Source: Malacoraja senta (taxonomy: Eukaryota). From it: a stretch of 64,000 nucleotides of DNA. Shown here in pieces: positions 1-12,842 of this stretch. The position numbers and the translations under genes were made by a program. The notes beneath the pieces are model-generated. The model was not told the origin of the DNA and searched no databases. It saw nothing but the letters and a program-made list of their open reading frames with translations. The stretch spans positions 1-64,000 of the forward strand of contig JAXLNO010004250.1 in assembly GCA_038087875.1 (NCBI GenBank), read 5' to 3'. Positions within the stretch are counted from its first letter, which is position 1; the number at the start of each line of letters is the position of its first letter.

Positions 1-195
1 GAACGGCGGCCGCCGGGGGAGAGACAGAGAGGGAGGGAGAGAGAGAGGGAGAGGGAGAGAAATCCTCTCAAGTTTTCATAAAATGGAAGGCAGAAATGGG
101 CGGGGTGGAGGAAGTAAAACCGGGTGAGGTTTCTCAATGCGGCCCCCTCCCCCCCGGAGTCTTGCAAAACTGGTTCTAGTTGATCAGTACGCATC

Positions 196-340
196 GTCAA
201 GTCAAGTTTATTCGTCACATACGCATACCAGATGTACAGTGAAATGAAAAGTGGCAATGCTTGCGGATTGTGCAAAAAAACAAACTACAAACAGAATGGA
301 ACAGAATCAGTAATTACATATTTGTGGGAGAGAAAAAAGT
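196..340 (-). mobile_element. 3' tail of a Rex/L2-group LINE (duplicated at about 14838-14985)
   Basis: Reverse complement ends aataaacttgacttgac, a short tandem-repeat LINE tail. Confidence 0.4.
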
Positions 341-400
341 ACAAGTAACTTTGAGGGTATGAGACGTGAATTGGCCAAGATAGACTGGCAATTGGTTCTT

Positions 401-3400
401 TTTTTTAAATTTTTATTTGTATTTTATTAGAAGCACATTACATTACAACCACATACATTAGTACTTGTCATTTATATCTTCTTACAATTAATGTACTCCA
501 TTTATTTTTTACACTAGAAAAGGAAAAGATTGAAAGAAAGAAGAAAGTGAAGGAAAAAGTGAAAGTGTAGGAAATGTGACAACAAAAAAGGACGAAGGCC
601 CTATAAGAGCAAAATTAAAAACAAAAGAAAAAGAGTTAAGAAATAGACCCTAGGAAAGAAAGAAAGAGAGAAAGAGGAAAAAGAGAGAAACAAATATTTT
701 TATGAGCATTACGTAAATGGGACATACCAGCTCTTCAACTGTCATCCCCCCTTACCTGACCTCAATTTTTTTTTTTAAAGTACTTTTGCACCCTATGTTT
801 GTAATAATTCTATAAATGCAGACCATGTCAGGTGGAAGTGATCTGGTTTACCTGCTAGAGGAGTCTTATCTCCTTCTAGGTGTAATGTTTCAAACATATT
901 TGAAATCCACATATTTATAGTTGGTACTGGAGCCTTCTTCCAAAATTTTAGAATTAGCTTTTTTCCAGTTATTAACCCATAGTCCATTAGTTTCTTTTGA
1001 AACACATTTAGATCTGGACCATCTTCCGTTATACCGAAGATAATCCATTCTGCTTTGGGTATCAGTCTTGTTTTAAATAACTTTGTAAAGATTTCAAAAA
1101 TTTAATTCCAAAATTTTTGAATTTTTGTACAAGAAACGAATGAGTGCGTTATGGTAGCTTCTTGGGATTGACATTTATCACAAATAGATGATACATTTGG
1201 GAAAATTTATGAATTTTAGTTTTCGAATAACATAATCTATGTAAAATTTTAAATTGTATTAAAGTGTGTCTTACATTAATCGAACATTATGCATGTTTAA
1301 TAAGTATTCATTCCAACTTTCCTTTGAAATTTTAATAGTTAACTCTTGTTCCCAGTCTCTTCTGATACCCTCCGTAGATGGTATTTGTGCATTTAAGATA
1401 ATATTATACAAATATGATATTAAGTTTGCTGATTCCGCTTTTATCTGCATTGCCTCGTCCAGTACATCTGCTGGGTTATTATGATGATCTTTTGTATATT
1501 TTTTCTAATAGTCGCATATTTGAAAGTATTTAAAATATTGATTATTTCCGAGTTTATATTTTATTTGTAATTGTTGAAATGAAAGTAATTTTCCAGTTTC
1601 ATACAAGTCACCAAGCGTTTTAATTCCTAATCTATCCCATTGTGTATAAGCTTTATCTATAATAGAAGGATTAAACGAAGGGTTATTGACTATAGGTAAT
1701 AAAAGTGATAAATTTCTTAATTTTAAATTTTGTTTTATTTGTTTCCAAATTCGGATTGTACTATGAATAATTGGGTTCTTATTATAATTTATGTTATTCA
1801 ATTTCATTGGAGAGAGGAGGATCGCTCCAATGTTTCTAGAGGAGCAATCCTCTTTCTCCATTACAATCCAGTCCGCTTGCTGGGCGGAGTTATCCATCAG
1901 TTGAATCATATTTTTAATATTACTGACCAATAATAATACATAAAATTAGGTAGTGCTAAACCCCCTAATAAATTTAGGTTTATTCAGATGAGTTTTTTGT
2001 ATTCTATGTGATTTATAGTCCCATATAAAATTAGTGATATCCGAGTTGAGTTTTTTAAAAAACCTCTTTGGTAAGTATATAGGAATTGATTGAAATAGGT
2101 ATAAAATTTGTGGTAAAAAGATCATTTTTATTGCGTTATTCGGCCTATTAAAGACATCGGGAGCGTTTTCCAGAATTTAATTAGTGTGTTTAATTTATTA
2201 AGTAAGGGGTCAAAATTTGCCCTAAACATACCTTGATATGATCTGGTAATTTCGATTCCCAAATATTTAAATTTTTCTGTAGCTATTTTAAAAGGGAATT
2301 TTAAAAGATGTGTTGAATCTTTCGGTTTTATTGACATAATTTCACTTTTATTCCAATTTATTCTATATCCAGAGAAAGATCCAAAATCTTCAATTAAATT
2401 TAATATATTTGGTATAGTGATTTGAGGTTTTGTAATGTACAGTAATATATCATCCGCGTATAAAGATATTTTATTATATGAGTCTTTAGTATTATATCCA
2501 TGGATATCAGGGTGTATTCTAATTTTTTCTGCTAGCGGTTCAATAATGAGAGCAAACAGTTGTGGTGATAATGAGCATCCTTGTCTATTTCCCCTTGATA
2601 GTTGGAATTTCGAGGATAATATGTTATTAGTTAGTATTCTAGCTGTAGGTTTGTTATATAGTAACTTGATCCATAGAATAAAATTCTCCCCCAGTTGAAA
2701 TTTTTGTAATACTTTGTCCATATAATTCCATTCTACTTGATCAAATGCTTTTTCAGCATCCAGCGAAATAATTGATAATTCTTGATCTTCAGATTTGTGT
2801 GAGTGCATTATGTTGAGTAGACGTCTCATATTGTTAGATGAGTATCTCTTAGGGATAAACCCCGTCTGATCTGGGTTTATTAATTTACTAATGTATTTAC
2901 TTAATCTTCTAGCTAATGTTTTCGCTAATATTTTTTGATCTGTGTTTAACAATGCTATAGCTCTATATGAACCAGGTTCTTCTAAGTCTTTATTTTTCTT
3001 AGGTATTAATGTAATCGTTGATTCCGCTAATGTATCAGGTAGTATTCGTTTTTTTAAAGCATATTGGTACATTTTTTGTAATCTTGGTATTATTTTATCG
3101 TAAAAGCTTTTATAAAATTCATTAGTAAATCCGTCAGGGCCTGGTGTTTTTCCATTCTTTAGTGAGTTTATTGTATCTTCTAATTCCTTAATTGAAATTT
3201 GTGCACCCAGTTCCTCTTGTTCCTTCAGTTCTAACTTTGGAAGATTACAGGTATCCAAGAACTTTGTGATATTATTGGAATCAATTGTCGCTTTAGATGT
3301 ATACAAATTCTCATAAAATTGCGCAAATCTATTATTAATATCCTTTGGTGTTGTTAATAATTCCCCTTTATCTGATTTGATCTTTGGTATAGTATGTTCC

Positions 3401-6012
3401 TTTTCTCGTTTTTTTAGCTGGCGAGCCAAAAGTTTATGCGGTTTATCCCCAAATTCAAAGTGCTCTTGTTTTGTAATTTGAAAAAGTCTTATAAGTTTGG
3501 CAGATAATAATTTATTTAATTTAAATTTCAAAATTATTATTTTATTATGTTTATCTATTGATGGATCTTTAGCATTATCTATATCCATTTGTCTAATAAG
3601 TTCTTCTAACTGTCTTTGTTCATTCTTATTCTTTTTATTTTGAAAAGCTTGATATGAAATTATAATACCCCTAATGTATGCTTTAAAAGATTCCCATAAT
3701 ACAGTAGGCGATATATCTGAAGTATCATTTATTTGAAAAAAGACCTCCATTTGTTCTTTTAAATATATACTCGCTTGTGGATCTTTTAGAATTTGAGAAT
3801 TAAATTTCCAAAACGATTTATTCTTAGACAATCCTTCCAGTTTTAAAAAGAAAGTTAGTGGAGAATGGTCTGAAATCGAGTTTGTGTGGTATATTGCATT
3901 AGATGTTTGGGGGATTAATTTTGTATCCAGCAGAAAGTTGTCTATACGTGAGTATGTCTTATGTACCATTGAGTAAAACGAGTATTCCCTGCCAGTTGGA
4001 TTAACAATTCTCCAAACATCTGCTATATTAGTGTTGTTTATATAGGTATTGAGAAGTTCCCCGGTTTTCGATTTCATATTCCCTCTCTGTTTTTGACTTG
4101 ATTTATCTAAGTACGGATCTAAAACACAGTTAAAGTCTCCTCCTATTATAACATTTTGATAGTTTGACTCTGCAATTATGTTGAAAATTTTATTAAAAAA
4201 GTGGGGGTTATCAAAGTTAGGGGCATATATATTTACCAAAGTAAGTGGAGTATAATGGATTTCTCCATTAACTATTAGGTATCTCCCTTCTATATCTGTT
4301 ATAATATTCTTTGCTTTAAATGGTATACCTTTTCTTATGATGATTGACGTGCCTCTAGATTTTGAAGTAAATGAAGAGTGGTATGTTTGACCTATCCATT
4401 TCGCCCTCAACCTAACTTGATCCTGAGATTTTAGGTGTGTTTCTTGTAGGAAGATAATGTCGGAGTTGTACAATTTCAGCTGAGCTAGTATCTTACCCCT
4501 TTTAATAGGTTCGTTAATACCTCTTATATTCCAACTACAAAATGAGATTCCTCCTAGGTTCTTTTGTGTGGTGTCATGCATTTTGAATAATTATAGTACC
4601 TTTAAATCTTGTGGTGCATCCAAATCCCAGGTCTTTAGGTATTGGGGGAGCTTTTGAGTTTTTAAGTTTTGCTGTTATGTCCATTTTACGCTTATCACTA
4701 TACACAAAACACAAACAAGTGATTTTATGTGATAAAAAAAAAACTATAAAAGTGAAGATACAGTGTCTGATGTAGTTGGCACTGTAACGAGTGTCCCACC
4801 TGTAGGTGGGAAAAAACCTTGTTTTGACTTCCATTGCGTTGTTACACAAATAGCTCCGCTCTCTTGGTTAATCATAACATATTATAATATTAAAACGGGG
4901 CCTCACATTCAAATATATAATACACTTTTATATATATCGGAATTTTAACTACTGATTATTAAACCGATACTTTTGACTTCAATAAGAATCAACTGATGGT
5001 TGAAGGGGTTAACGAGACGTGCCCCTGGACCTAAGCCAGTTGCTCGTTTCTCATCCCCTCCTCCCACTTATAGATAAGGTTTCAGTTTATTAAAAATTCA
5101 TATTAGTATGTTAGTTCGTTATTTTTTATTTTTATTTTTATTAGTATTCTAATCTAACATGCATAACTTATTAAGTTGTTAATAGGATAAGTTCTTACAA
5201 TTGGTTATAATATTATAATCTAATAAGCAATTATATGCTTTCTGGTATATACCATTGCCATCTGTTCAGTTGTTTACTCGTTTTGAACAGAAAGTGTCCT
5301 TGATTCAACATTCCGAAGATAACAGTCTAACTATCCCCAGACAAAGCATTGCTTAAAATGGTTCAGATCTCCCTTTCCTTTCTATTTTTCAACGATAGTT
5401 TGAGCATATTTAAACGCTTCTTCAGGCTTAACAAATGACTTTTCAAGACCCTTAAAAGAAATACGCATTTTCGCGGGATAAAAAATCCCAAATCTGATCC
5501 CTTCTCTCCCTCTTAAAAGATCTTTAACCTTCTCAAATTTGTTTCTTTTTTGCACAATTTCATACGGGTACTCCCTGAATATCTTAATAGTATCATTGTC
5601 TAGCCGCAGTTGCACACCGTATTTGATTTTACTCATAACATCTTCCAGTTCTAAAATGTCCCGAAATTTCACAATAATATGTCGTGGATAAGTTTTTCCC
5701 GCACCAAATCTTTGTTTAAATCTTGGGACACGATGAGCCACTTCGATTTTCGGTTCTTTGGAAAGATTCAGCAGTTGTTTAAGCAAGCCCATGGCAAACT
5801 CACGTACATCCTCCCCTTCGGCTCCCTCTGAAACTCCAAGAATTCTCAAATTCTGGCGTCTAGAGCCAGCTTCCAGGTCCAGGCATTTGACTGAGACTTT
5901 CTCCTGTTGAGTCACCATCTGTAGTGAAGTTTGTTCGTTTTCTCGCCTCATTTGCTCATGTTCTTGCCTCATTTTCGCCATGTCTTCAACCATTCGAGCC
6001 GTGTTTTTCTCC
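401..6012 (-). mobile_element. 5'-truncated L1 LINE inserted into CR1, 14-bp TSD
   Basis: T-rich tail at 401. TSD GGCAATTGGTTCTT at 387-400 and 6013-6026. ORF2 with APE endonuclease (SWNIRG, LQETH, GGDFN, SDH) and RT (YADD). ORF1 C-terminal half at 5382-6012. Confidence 0.95.
2128..4581 (-). CDS. L1 ORF2p (endonuclease + reverse transcriptase), broken by single-base indels relative to copy 2
   Basis: 817-aa ORF with EN and RT motifs; continues in ORFs 1505-1930 and 793-1005. Confidence 0.85.
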   Translation of the reverse strand: MHDTTQKNLGGISFCSWNIRGINEPIKRGKILAQLKLYNSDIIFLQETHLKSQDQVRLRAKWIGQTYHSSFTSKSRGTSIIIRKGIPFKAKNIITDIEGRYLIVNGEIHYTPLTLVNIYAPNFDNPHFFNKIFNIIAESNYQNVIIGGDFNCVLDPYLDKSSQKQRGNMKSKTGELLNTYINNTNIADVWRIVNPTGREYSFYSMVHKTYSRIDNFLLDTKLIPQTSNAIYHTNSISDHSPLTFFLKLEGLSKNKSFWKFNSQILKDPQASIYLKEQMEVFFQINDTSDISPTVLWESFKAYIRGIIISYQAFQNKKNKNEQRQLEELIRQMDIDNAKDPSIDKHNKIIILKFKLNKLLSAKLIRLFQITKQEHFEFGDKPHKLLARQLKKREKEHTIPKIKSDKGELLTTPKDINNRFAQFYENLYTSKATIDSNNITKFLDTCNLPKLELKEQEELGAQISIKELEDTINSLKNGKTPGPDGFTNEFYKSFYDKIIPRLQKMYQYALKKRILPDTLAESTITLIPKKNKDLEEPGSYRAIALLNTDQKILAKTLARRLSKYISKLINPDQTGFIPKRYSSNNMRRLLNIMHSHKSEDQELSIISLDAEKAFDQVEWNYMDKVLQKFQLGENFILWIKLLYNKPTARILTNNILSSKFQLSRGNRQGCSLSPQLFALIIEPLAEKIRIHPDIHGYNTKDSYNKISLYADDILLYITKPQITIPNILNLIEDFGSFSGYRINWNKSEIMSIKPKDSTHLLKFPFKIATEKFKYLGIEITRSYQGMFRANFDPLLNKLNTLIKFWKTLPMSLIGRITQ

Positions 6013-6556
6013 GGCAATTGGTTCTTGAAGGGTTGACGGTGGATATGCAATGGAAGGCATTTAAAGACTGCATGGATGAACTACAACAATTGTTCATCCC
6101 AGTTTGGCAAAAGAATAAATCACGGAAGGTAGTGCATCCGTGGATAACAAGGGAAATCAGGGATAGTATCAAAACAAAAGATGAAGCATACAAATTAGCC
6201 AGGAAAAGCAGCCTACCAGAGGACTGGGAGAAATTCAGTCCAGCAGAGGAGGACAAAGGGCTTAATTAGGAAAGGGAAAATAGATTATTAAAGAAAACTG
6301 GCAGGGAACATAAATACTGAGTGCAAAGGTTTTTATAGATATGTGAAGAGAAAAAGATTAGTCAAAAACAGGTGAATTGATCATGGGGAACAAGGACATG
6401 GCAGACCAACTGAATAACTACTTTGGTTCTGTCTTCAATAAGGAAGACATAAATAATCTGCCGGAAATAGCAGGGGACCGGGGGTCAAATGAGATGGAGG
6501 AACTGAGTGAAATCCAGGTTAGCTGGGAAGTGGTGTTAGGTAAATTGAATGGATTA

Positions 6557-9052
6557 ATTCAGATTCAGATTCAACTTCATTGTCATTGTGCAGTGTAGAG
6601 TACAGAGAAAACAAAATGCAGTTAGCATCTCCCTAGAAGAGCGACATGAATATGAGCAGTAAATAAATGTAATAAATCCTGGTGGGAGGAGTGTCCCGGG
6701 GGGGGGGGGGGTGATTGGCAGTCACCGAGGTACAGTGTTGAGTGGTGTAACTACCGCAGGGAAGAAGCTGTTCCTGGACCTGCTGGTCCGACAACGGAGA
6801 GACGTGTAGCGCCTCCCGGATGGTAGGAGGGTAAACAGTCTGTGGTTGCGGTGAGAGCAGTCCTTGGCGATGCTGAGCGCCCTTCGCAGACAACGCTTGC
6901 TTTGGACAGACTCAATGGCGGGGAGTGAGGAACCGGTGATGCGTTGGGCAATTTTCACCACCCTCTGCTGTGCTTTCCGGACGAAGACAGAGCAGTTGCC
7001 ATACCATACTGTGATGCAGTTGGTAAGGATGCTCTCGATGGTGCAGCGGTAGAAGTTCACCAGAATCTGAGGAGATAGATGGACCTTCTTTAGTCTCCTC
7101 AGGAAGAAGAGACGCTGGTGAGCCTTCTTGATCAGAGTTGAGGTATTGTTGGTCCAAGAGAGGTCATCGGAGATGTTGACCCCCAGGAACCTGAAGCTGG
7201 AAACACGTTCCACCTCCGTCCCGTTAATGTGGATGGGGGTCTGTGTGCCGCCCCTAGACTTCCTGAAGTCTACAATGAGCTCCTTGGTCTTCTTGGAGTT
7301 AAGGGCCAGGTTGTTGTCAGCGCACCATGCTGCTAAGAGCTGGACCTCCTCCCTATTGGCCAACTCATTGTTGTTGCTGAGGCCAATCACCGTTGTATCA
7401 TCTGCATACTTGATGATGGTATTAGTACCATGTACAGGTGTGCAGTCGTAGGTGAAGAGGGAGTAGAGGAGGGGGTTCAGCACACAGCCCTGTGGAACGT
7501 CGGTGTTCAGGGTGAGGGTTGAAGAGGTGTGCTTGTCTAACCTAACAGACTGTGGTCTGTTGGTTAGAAAGTCCAGTCTCCAGTTGCAGAGGGAGGGGTC
7601 GATGCCCAGGTCACCGAGTTTGGTGATCAGTTTAGAGGGTATGATGGTGTTGAATGCTGAGCTGTAATCGATGAACAGCATTCTTACGTAAGTGTCTCTG
7701 TTGTCGAGGTGGGAGAGGGCGGAGTAAAGTGCCGTTGAGATGGCATCCTCCGTACTCCTGTTCTTGCGGTAGGCAAACTGATAGGCATCCAATGTGGGGG
7801 GTAGGCAGCCTTTGAGGTGTGCCAGGAGCAGCCTCTCGAAGCACTTGGCGATGATGGGAGTAAGTGCAACTGGGCGGAAATCGTTGAGGCTTGCCGCAGT
7901 GGAGTGTTTTGGCATGGAGGTGGATTTAAGGCACGTGGGCACAACTGCTTGGGCAAGTGACAGGTTGAAGATGTCAGTCCAGAGGTCTGTCAGCTGTGCA
8001 GCACAGGCCCTGAGGACGCGCCCGGGGATGCCGTCGGGGCCAGCAGCCTTACGTGCATTAGTCCTACTCGGTGCCACGTACACGTCGTAGGGGGTGAGTG
8101 AGAGGGGCTGGTGATCGGCAGGGAGCACAGCCTTGATGGCCAACTCCAGATTGTCCCTGTCGAAGCGGCCATAGAAGTGGTTGAGCTCCTCAAGGAAGGA
8201 GGCGTTGCTGGATGTGGGGGTGGTGTTGGTGGGTCTATAGTCCGTGATGGCCTGGATGCCTTGCCACATGCGTCGGGGCTCGGAGTTGTTGTTGAAGTGC
8301 TCCTCAATCCTGAGCTTATGGCAGTGCTTGGCCTTCTTTATGCCCTTCTTCAGGTTAGCCCTGGATGAACTATAGGCTCGTGCATCGCCTGACCTGAAAG
8401 CGGTGTCCCGTGCTTTCAGCAGTAGCCTGACCTCGCTGTTCATCCATGGCTTCTGATTCGGGAATATGGTCACCCGTTTGAGGGAGGTGACACTGTTGAT
8501 GGTGGAGTTTATAAAGTCCAGAACAGAGGATGTATAGGAGTCAATGTCCGTGTGGGAGTCAAGGGTGGCCCGGGCTGCAAACGCCTTCCAGTCAGTGTTT
8601 CCAAAACACTGCTGAAGTGTGGAGTCCGCCTCCTCTGACCAGACTTTAACTGTCCTCACAGTGGGTTTAACCCGCCTGATGAGTGGGGAGTACTTTGGGA
8701 GCAGGAACAATGAGAGGTGATCAGACTGTCCAAGGTGGGGGAGGGGGGCGGCTTTGTAAGCTTCAGCCATGTTGGTGTAGACTTTGTCCAGTGTCTTGTC
8801 TTCTCTAGTGGCGAAAGAGACATGTTGGTGGAATTTGGGGAGTACAGTCTTCAGGTTGGAGTGATTGAAGTCACCCACAACAATGAAGGCTGCCTCGGGC
8901 TTGTGAGTGTTGTTTGCTAATGGCAGTATGCAGATCTTTCATTGCAAGCTTGGCATTAGCATCAGGAGGAATATAGGCTGCAGTCACAACAGTGGAGGTA
9001 AACTCTCTGGGCAGATAGAATGGTCTGCATCTAACCAAGATGCAGACCGTTC
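6557..9052 (-). mobile_element. 5'-truncated Rex1/Babar-clade LINE nested in CR1
   Basis: 718-aa ORF 6722-8878 ([48 protein letters not shown]) and a (tctgaa)n 3' tail at 6557-6575. Confidence 0.9.
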
Positions 9053-10650
9053 TAAAGGCCAATACATCCCCAGGGCCAGATAGGCTGCATCCCAGAGTAC
9101 TTAAGGAAGTAGCCCCAGAAATAGTGGATGGATTAGTGATAATTTTTCAAAACTCTTTAGATTCTGGAGTAGTTCCTGAGGATTGGAGGGTAGCTAATGT
9201 GACCCCACTTTTTAAAAAGGGAGGGAGAGAGAAAACGGGTAATTACAGACCAGTTAGTCTAACATCGGTAGTGGGGAAACTGTTAGAGTCAGTAATTAAA
9301 GATGGGATAGCAGCACATTTGAAAAGTGGTGAAATCATTGGACAAAGTCAGCATGGATTTACGAAAGGTAAATCATGTCTGACGAATCTTATAGAATTTT
9401 TCGAGGATGTAACTAGTAAGAGTGGATAGGGGAGAACCAGTGGATGTGTTATATCTGGACTTTCAGAAGGCATTTGACAAGGTCCCACATAAGAGATTAG
9501 TATACAAACTTAAAGCACACGGTATTGGGGGTTCAGTATTGATGTGGATAGAGAACTGGCTGGCAAACAGGAAGCAAAGAGTAGGAGTAAACGGGTCCTT
9601 TTCAGAATGGCAGGCAGTGACTAGTGGGGTACCGCAAGGCTCAGTGCTGGGACCCCAGCTATTTACAATATATATTAATGATTTGGACGAGGGAATTGAA
9701 TGCAACATCTCCAAGTTTGCGGATGACACTAAGCTGGGGGGCAGTGTTAGCTGTGAGGAGGATGCTAGGAGGCTGCAAGGTGACTTGGATAGGCTGGGTG
9801 AGTGAGCAAATGCATGGCAGATGCAGTATAATGTGGATAAATGTGAGGTTATCCACTTTGGTGGCAAAAACAGGAAAGCAGACTATTATCTAAATGGTGG
9901 CTGATTAGGAAAAGGGGAGATGCAACGAGACCTGGGTGTCATGGTACACCAGTCATTGAAAGTGGGCATGCAGGTGCAGCAGGCAGTGAAGAAAGCGAAT
10001 GGTATGTTAGCATGCATAGCAAAAGGATTTGAGTATAGGAGCAGGGAGGTTCTACTGCAGTTGTACAGGGTCTTGGTGAGACCACACCTGGAGTATTGCG
10101 TATAGTATTGGTCTCCGAATCTGAGGAAAGACATTATTGCCATAGAGGGATTGCAGAGAATGTTCACCAGACTGATTCCTGGGTTGTCAGGACTTTCATA
10201 TGAAGAAAGACTGGATAGACTTGGCTTGTACTCGCTAGAATTTAGGAGATTGAGGGGGGATCTTATAGAAACTTACGAAATTCTCACGGGGTTGGCAGGT
10301 TAGATGCAGGAAGATTGTTCCCGATGTTGGGGAAGTCCAGGACAAGGGGCACAGCTTAAGGATAGAGGGGAAATCCTTTAGGACCGAGATGAGATAAACT
10401 TTTTTCACACAGAGAGTGGTGAATCTCTGGAACTCTCTGCCACAGAAGGTAGTTGAGGCCAGTTCATTGGCTATATTTAAGAGGGAGTTAGATGCGGCCC
10501 TTGTGGCTAAAGGGATCAGGGGGTATGGAGAGAAGGCAGGTACGGGATACTGAGTTGGGTGATCAGCCATGATCATATTGAATGGTGGTGCAGGCTCGAA
10601 GGGCCGAATGGCCTACTCCTGCACCTATTTTCTATGTTTCTATGTTTCTT

Positions 10651-11290
10651 AGTTGTTTTGATGTTCAAGAGGAGGCTGTTGTCCTGACACCAGAGTGCCA
10701 GATCAGACACCTCCTCCCAGTAGGCCCTCTCATCATTATCGGAGATCAGGCCCACCACCACAGTGTCATCAGCAAACTTGATGATCGAGTTGGAGCTGAA
10801 CCTGGCCACACAGTCATGTGTGTACAGGGAGTACAGTAGGGGGCTGAGGACATAACCCTGGGGGGATCCTGTGCTCAGGGTGAGGGACTTCGATGTATCC
10901 CCTCCCATCTTGACTACCTGGGGCCTGGCGGTGAGAAAGTCCAGGGTCCAGGCACACAGGGGGGTGTTGAGCCCTAAGTCTGCTGGGGACTATCGTGTTG
11001 AAGGCTGAACTGAAGTCTATGAACAGCATCCTCACGTAGCCCCCCTTCTGGCTGTCAAGGTGAGAGAGAGCGGTGTGCAAAACCTGGGAGACCGCATCAT
11101 CCGTGGATCTGTTCGGACGGTATGCGAATTGTAACTGGTCCATGTTGCGAGGGAGGAAGGCGCAGATGTGTTTCTTCACCAGCCTCTCAAAGCATTTTAT
11201 GACTACCGAGATGAGGGCCACCAGACGGTAGTCATTCAGACGGGCTGGGGAGGCATTTTTAGGTACCGGTACAATGATGGATTTTTTTGA
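10651..11290 (-). mobile_element. Internal fragment of a second Rex1/Babar subfamily
   Basis: ORFs 10814-11296 and 10573-10908: [30 protein letters not shown]. Confidence 0.85.
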
Positions 11291-11309
11291 AGCCATTTTT
11301 TATCCCTCC

Positions 11310-11503
11310 AAACCTGTCCTATCCATGTACCACACCTGTCCTATCCATGTACCACACCTGTCCTATCCATGTAACACACCTGTCCTATCCATGTACCACA
11401 CCTGTCCTATCCATGTACCACACCTGTCCTATCCATGTACCACACCTGTCCTATCCATATAACACCCCTGTCCTATCCATATAACACCCCTGGCCTATCC
11501 ATG
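11310..11503. repeat. 22-bp minisatellite (accacacctgtcctatccatgt), about 9 copies
   Basis: Direct reading; the 22-aa periodicity in ORFs 11274/11287 equals three units. Confidence 0.9.
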
Positions 11504-12250
11504 TAAGAGTATGGATTGAAGAATATTTGCCAACCTGAGCCCATCCCAACAGGCTACAGTAGACATTTGGTGCCAAGGGAAGTGTCATCAGTGTTGTGAT
11601 GCAGGAAGCCAAATGTACACAGCAAGCTCACACGGGCAGCAACGTGATAGCGACAAGATATTCACTTTAAGTGACACTGCTGAAGGACAAAGAATATTCA
11701 GGCAACCGAACATGTTCCTCTTCAGGGGACATGCTCTTCAGGTCAGCAGTTTCATCACAACTAAAGACAGTAGCTACAAAAGAGCAGCATCATCACAAAC
11801 CCAGGCTGGAGCATCAGCCTAAAGCTGTGCCTCATGATTCAGCAAGGGCTTTGAATCCACCTTCTCCGACTCAACCCACACGGTCGCTGACAGTCCCGTT
11901 TCCGCCCAGTCTCAACTCATGCAAGAATAGACCGAGTGTGCAAACTACCGAACAAGGCGCGATTGACTCTTGCAGTAACTATTCCACAGCTTACCCATCA
12001 TTGCAGTCTGGAGAAGTAGGATCAGTACAATCCCGCAACGTCCCTTCATCTTGGGATGAAATCACGGCGCAGTTTGACTTGAAGGGAGAAAGCCGAGTAA
12101 CATTGAATAAAAGGAGCAGCACTAGAGTATTGACATTAATATTATTCATAGTAAGGAATTAATTTGCTGTTATTTTAACTGGTACATCCATTCACAATAA
12201 ATCAGTTATCAAGATGAGCAAAAACATACACAAACTGAAATTTCACTCAC

Positions 12251-12418
12251 CTAAATTGCACTACTTAATTCCAGGACTGACATTTTAACTGGGATTTGTT
12301 CCATGTGCATTGGTATCGTTATTAGCTTTGGTCGGAGTTTGCAAAGATATTTTACGTAAATGGCTTTTACAATTTGTTTCAGCAAAGGCAGAACATTGAG
12401 CCAATTTTCACCGTTCCT
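12251..12418 (-). other. Candidate non-coding exon of an unidentified minus-strand transcript
   Basis: Acceptor ttcctggcag after a pyrimidine-rich tract; donor TAG|GTGAGT at 12250; stops in all three frames. Confidence 0.35.
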
Positions 12419-12444
12419 GCCAGGAAACAGCGGTGAGGAGAGAG

Positions 12445-12842
12445 CCATGGGGGGGGGGGTGAGGAGACAGACGGGGGGGGGGGGGAGAGTGAGCCGAGGA
12501 GGGGGGGCGGGGGGTGTGAGCAGAGAGCCGGGGAGGGGGGGGGGGAGTGAGGAGAGAGCCGGGGAGGGGGGGTGTGAGGAGAGAGACGGGGAGGGGGGGG
12601 GAGGAGAGAGCCGGGGAGGGGGGGGGGGAGGTGAGAGCCGGGGGGGCGGGGAGAGTGAGGAGGGAGCCGGGGAGGGGGAGGAGAGAGCTGGGGGGGGGGG
12701 CGGGTGAGGAGAGAGCTGGGGAGGGTGGGGGGGGGGGGTGAGGAGAAAGCCGGGGAGGCGGTGGGAGGAGAGAGCTGGGGGGGGGGGGGGGAGGAGAAAG
12801 CCAGGGAGGGGTGAGGAGAGAGCTGGGGAGGGTGGGGAACGA
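12445..12842. repeat. G-rich low-complexity tandem repeat (ggggggtgaggagagagccggggag-like units)
   Basis: Direct reading; it produces spurious Pro/Ser-rich ORFs. Confidence 0.9.

Larger units (their letters stand above)
1..9160. repeat. Tandem segmental duplication, copy 1 (runs off the window start)
   Basis: Position 1 (gaacggcggccgccggggg) matches 14645. ORF pairs are offset by about 14644 (5382/20027, 6722/21366). Near identity continues to about 9160 (ctctttag|attctgg versus ctctttag|ttctgg at 23804). Confidence 0.92.
345..10649 (+). mobile_element. CR1 LINE host, split into pieces 345-400, 6013-6556 and 9053-10649 by nested L1 and Rex1 insertions
   Basis: The pieces rejoin into continuous CR1 ORF2 (VDMQWKAFK..., [45 protein letters not shown]) and end in a (tctatgtt)n CR1 tail at about 10631-10649. 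Confidence 0.88.

Noticed and set aside
5382-6050. 222-aa ORF as a standalone gene with a novel N-terminus
   Set aside because: Its first residues (MHIHRQPFKNQLP) are antisense CR1 sequence read through the TSD into 5'-truncated L1 ORF1.
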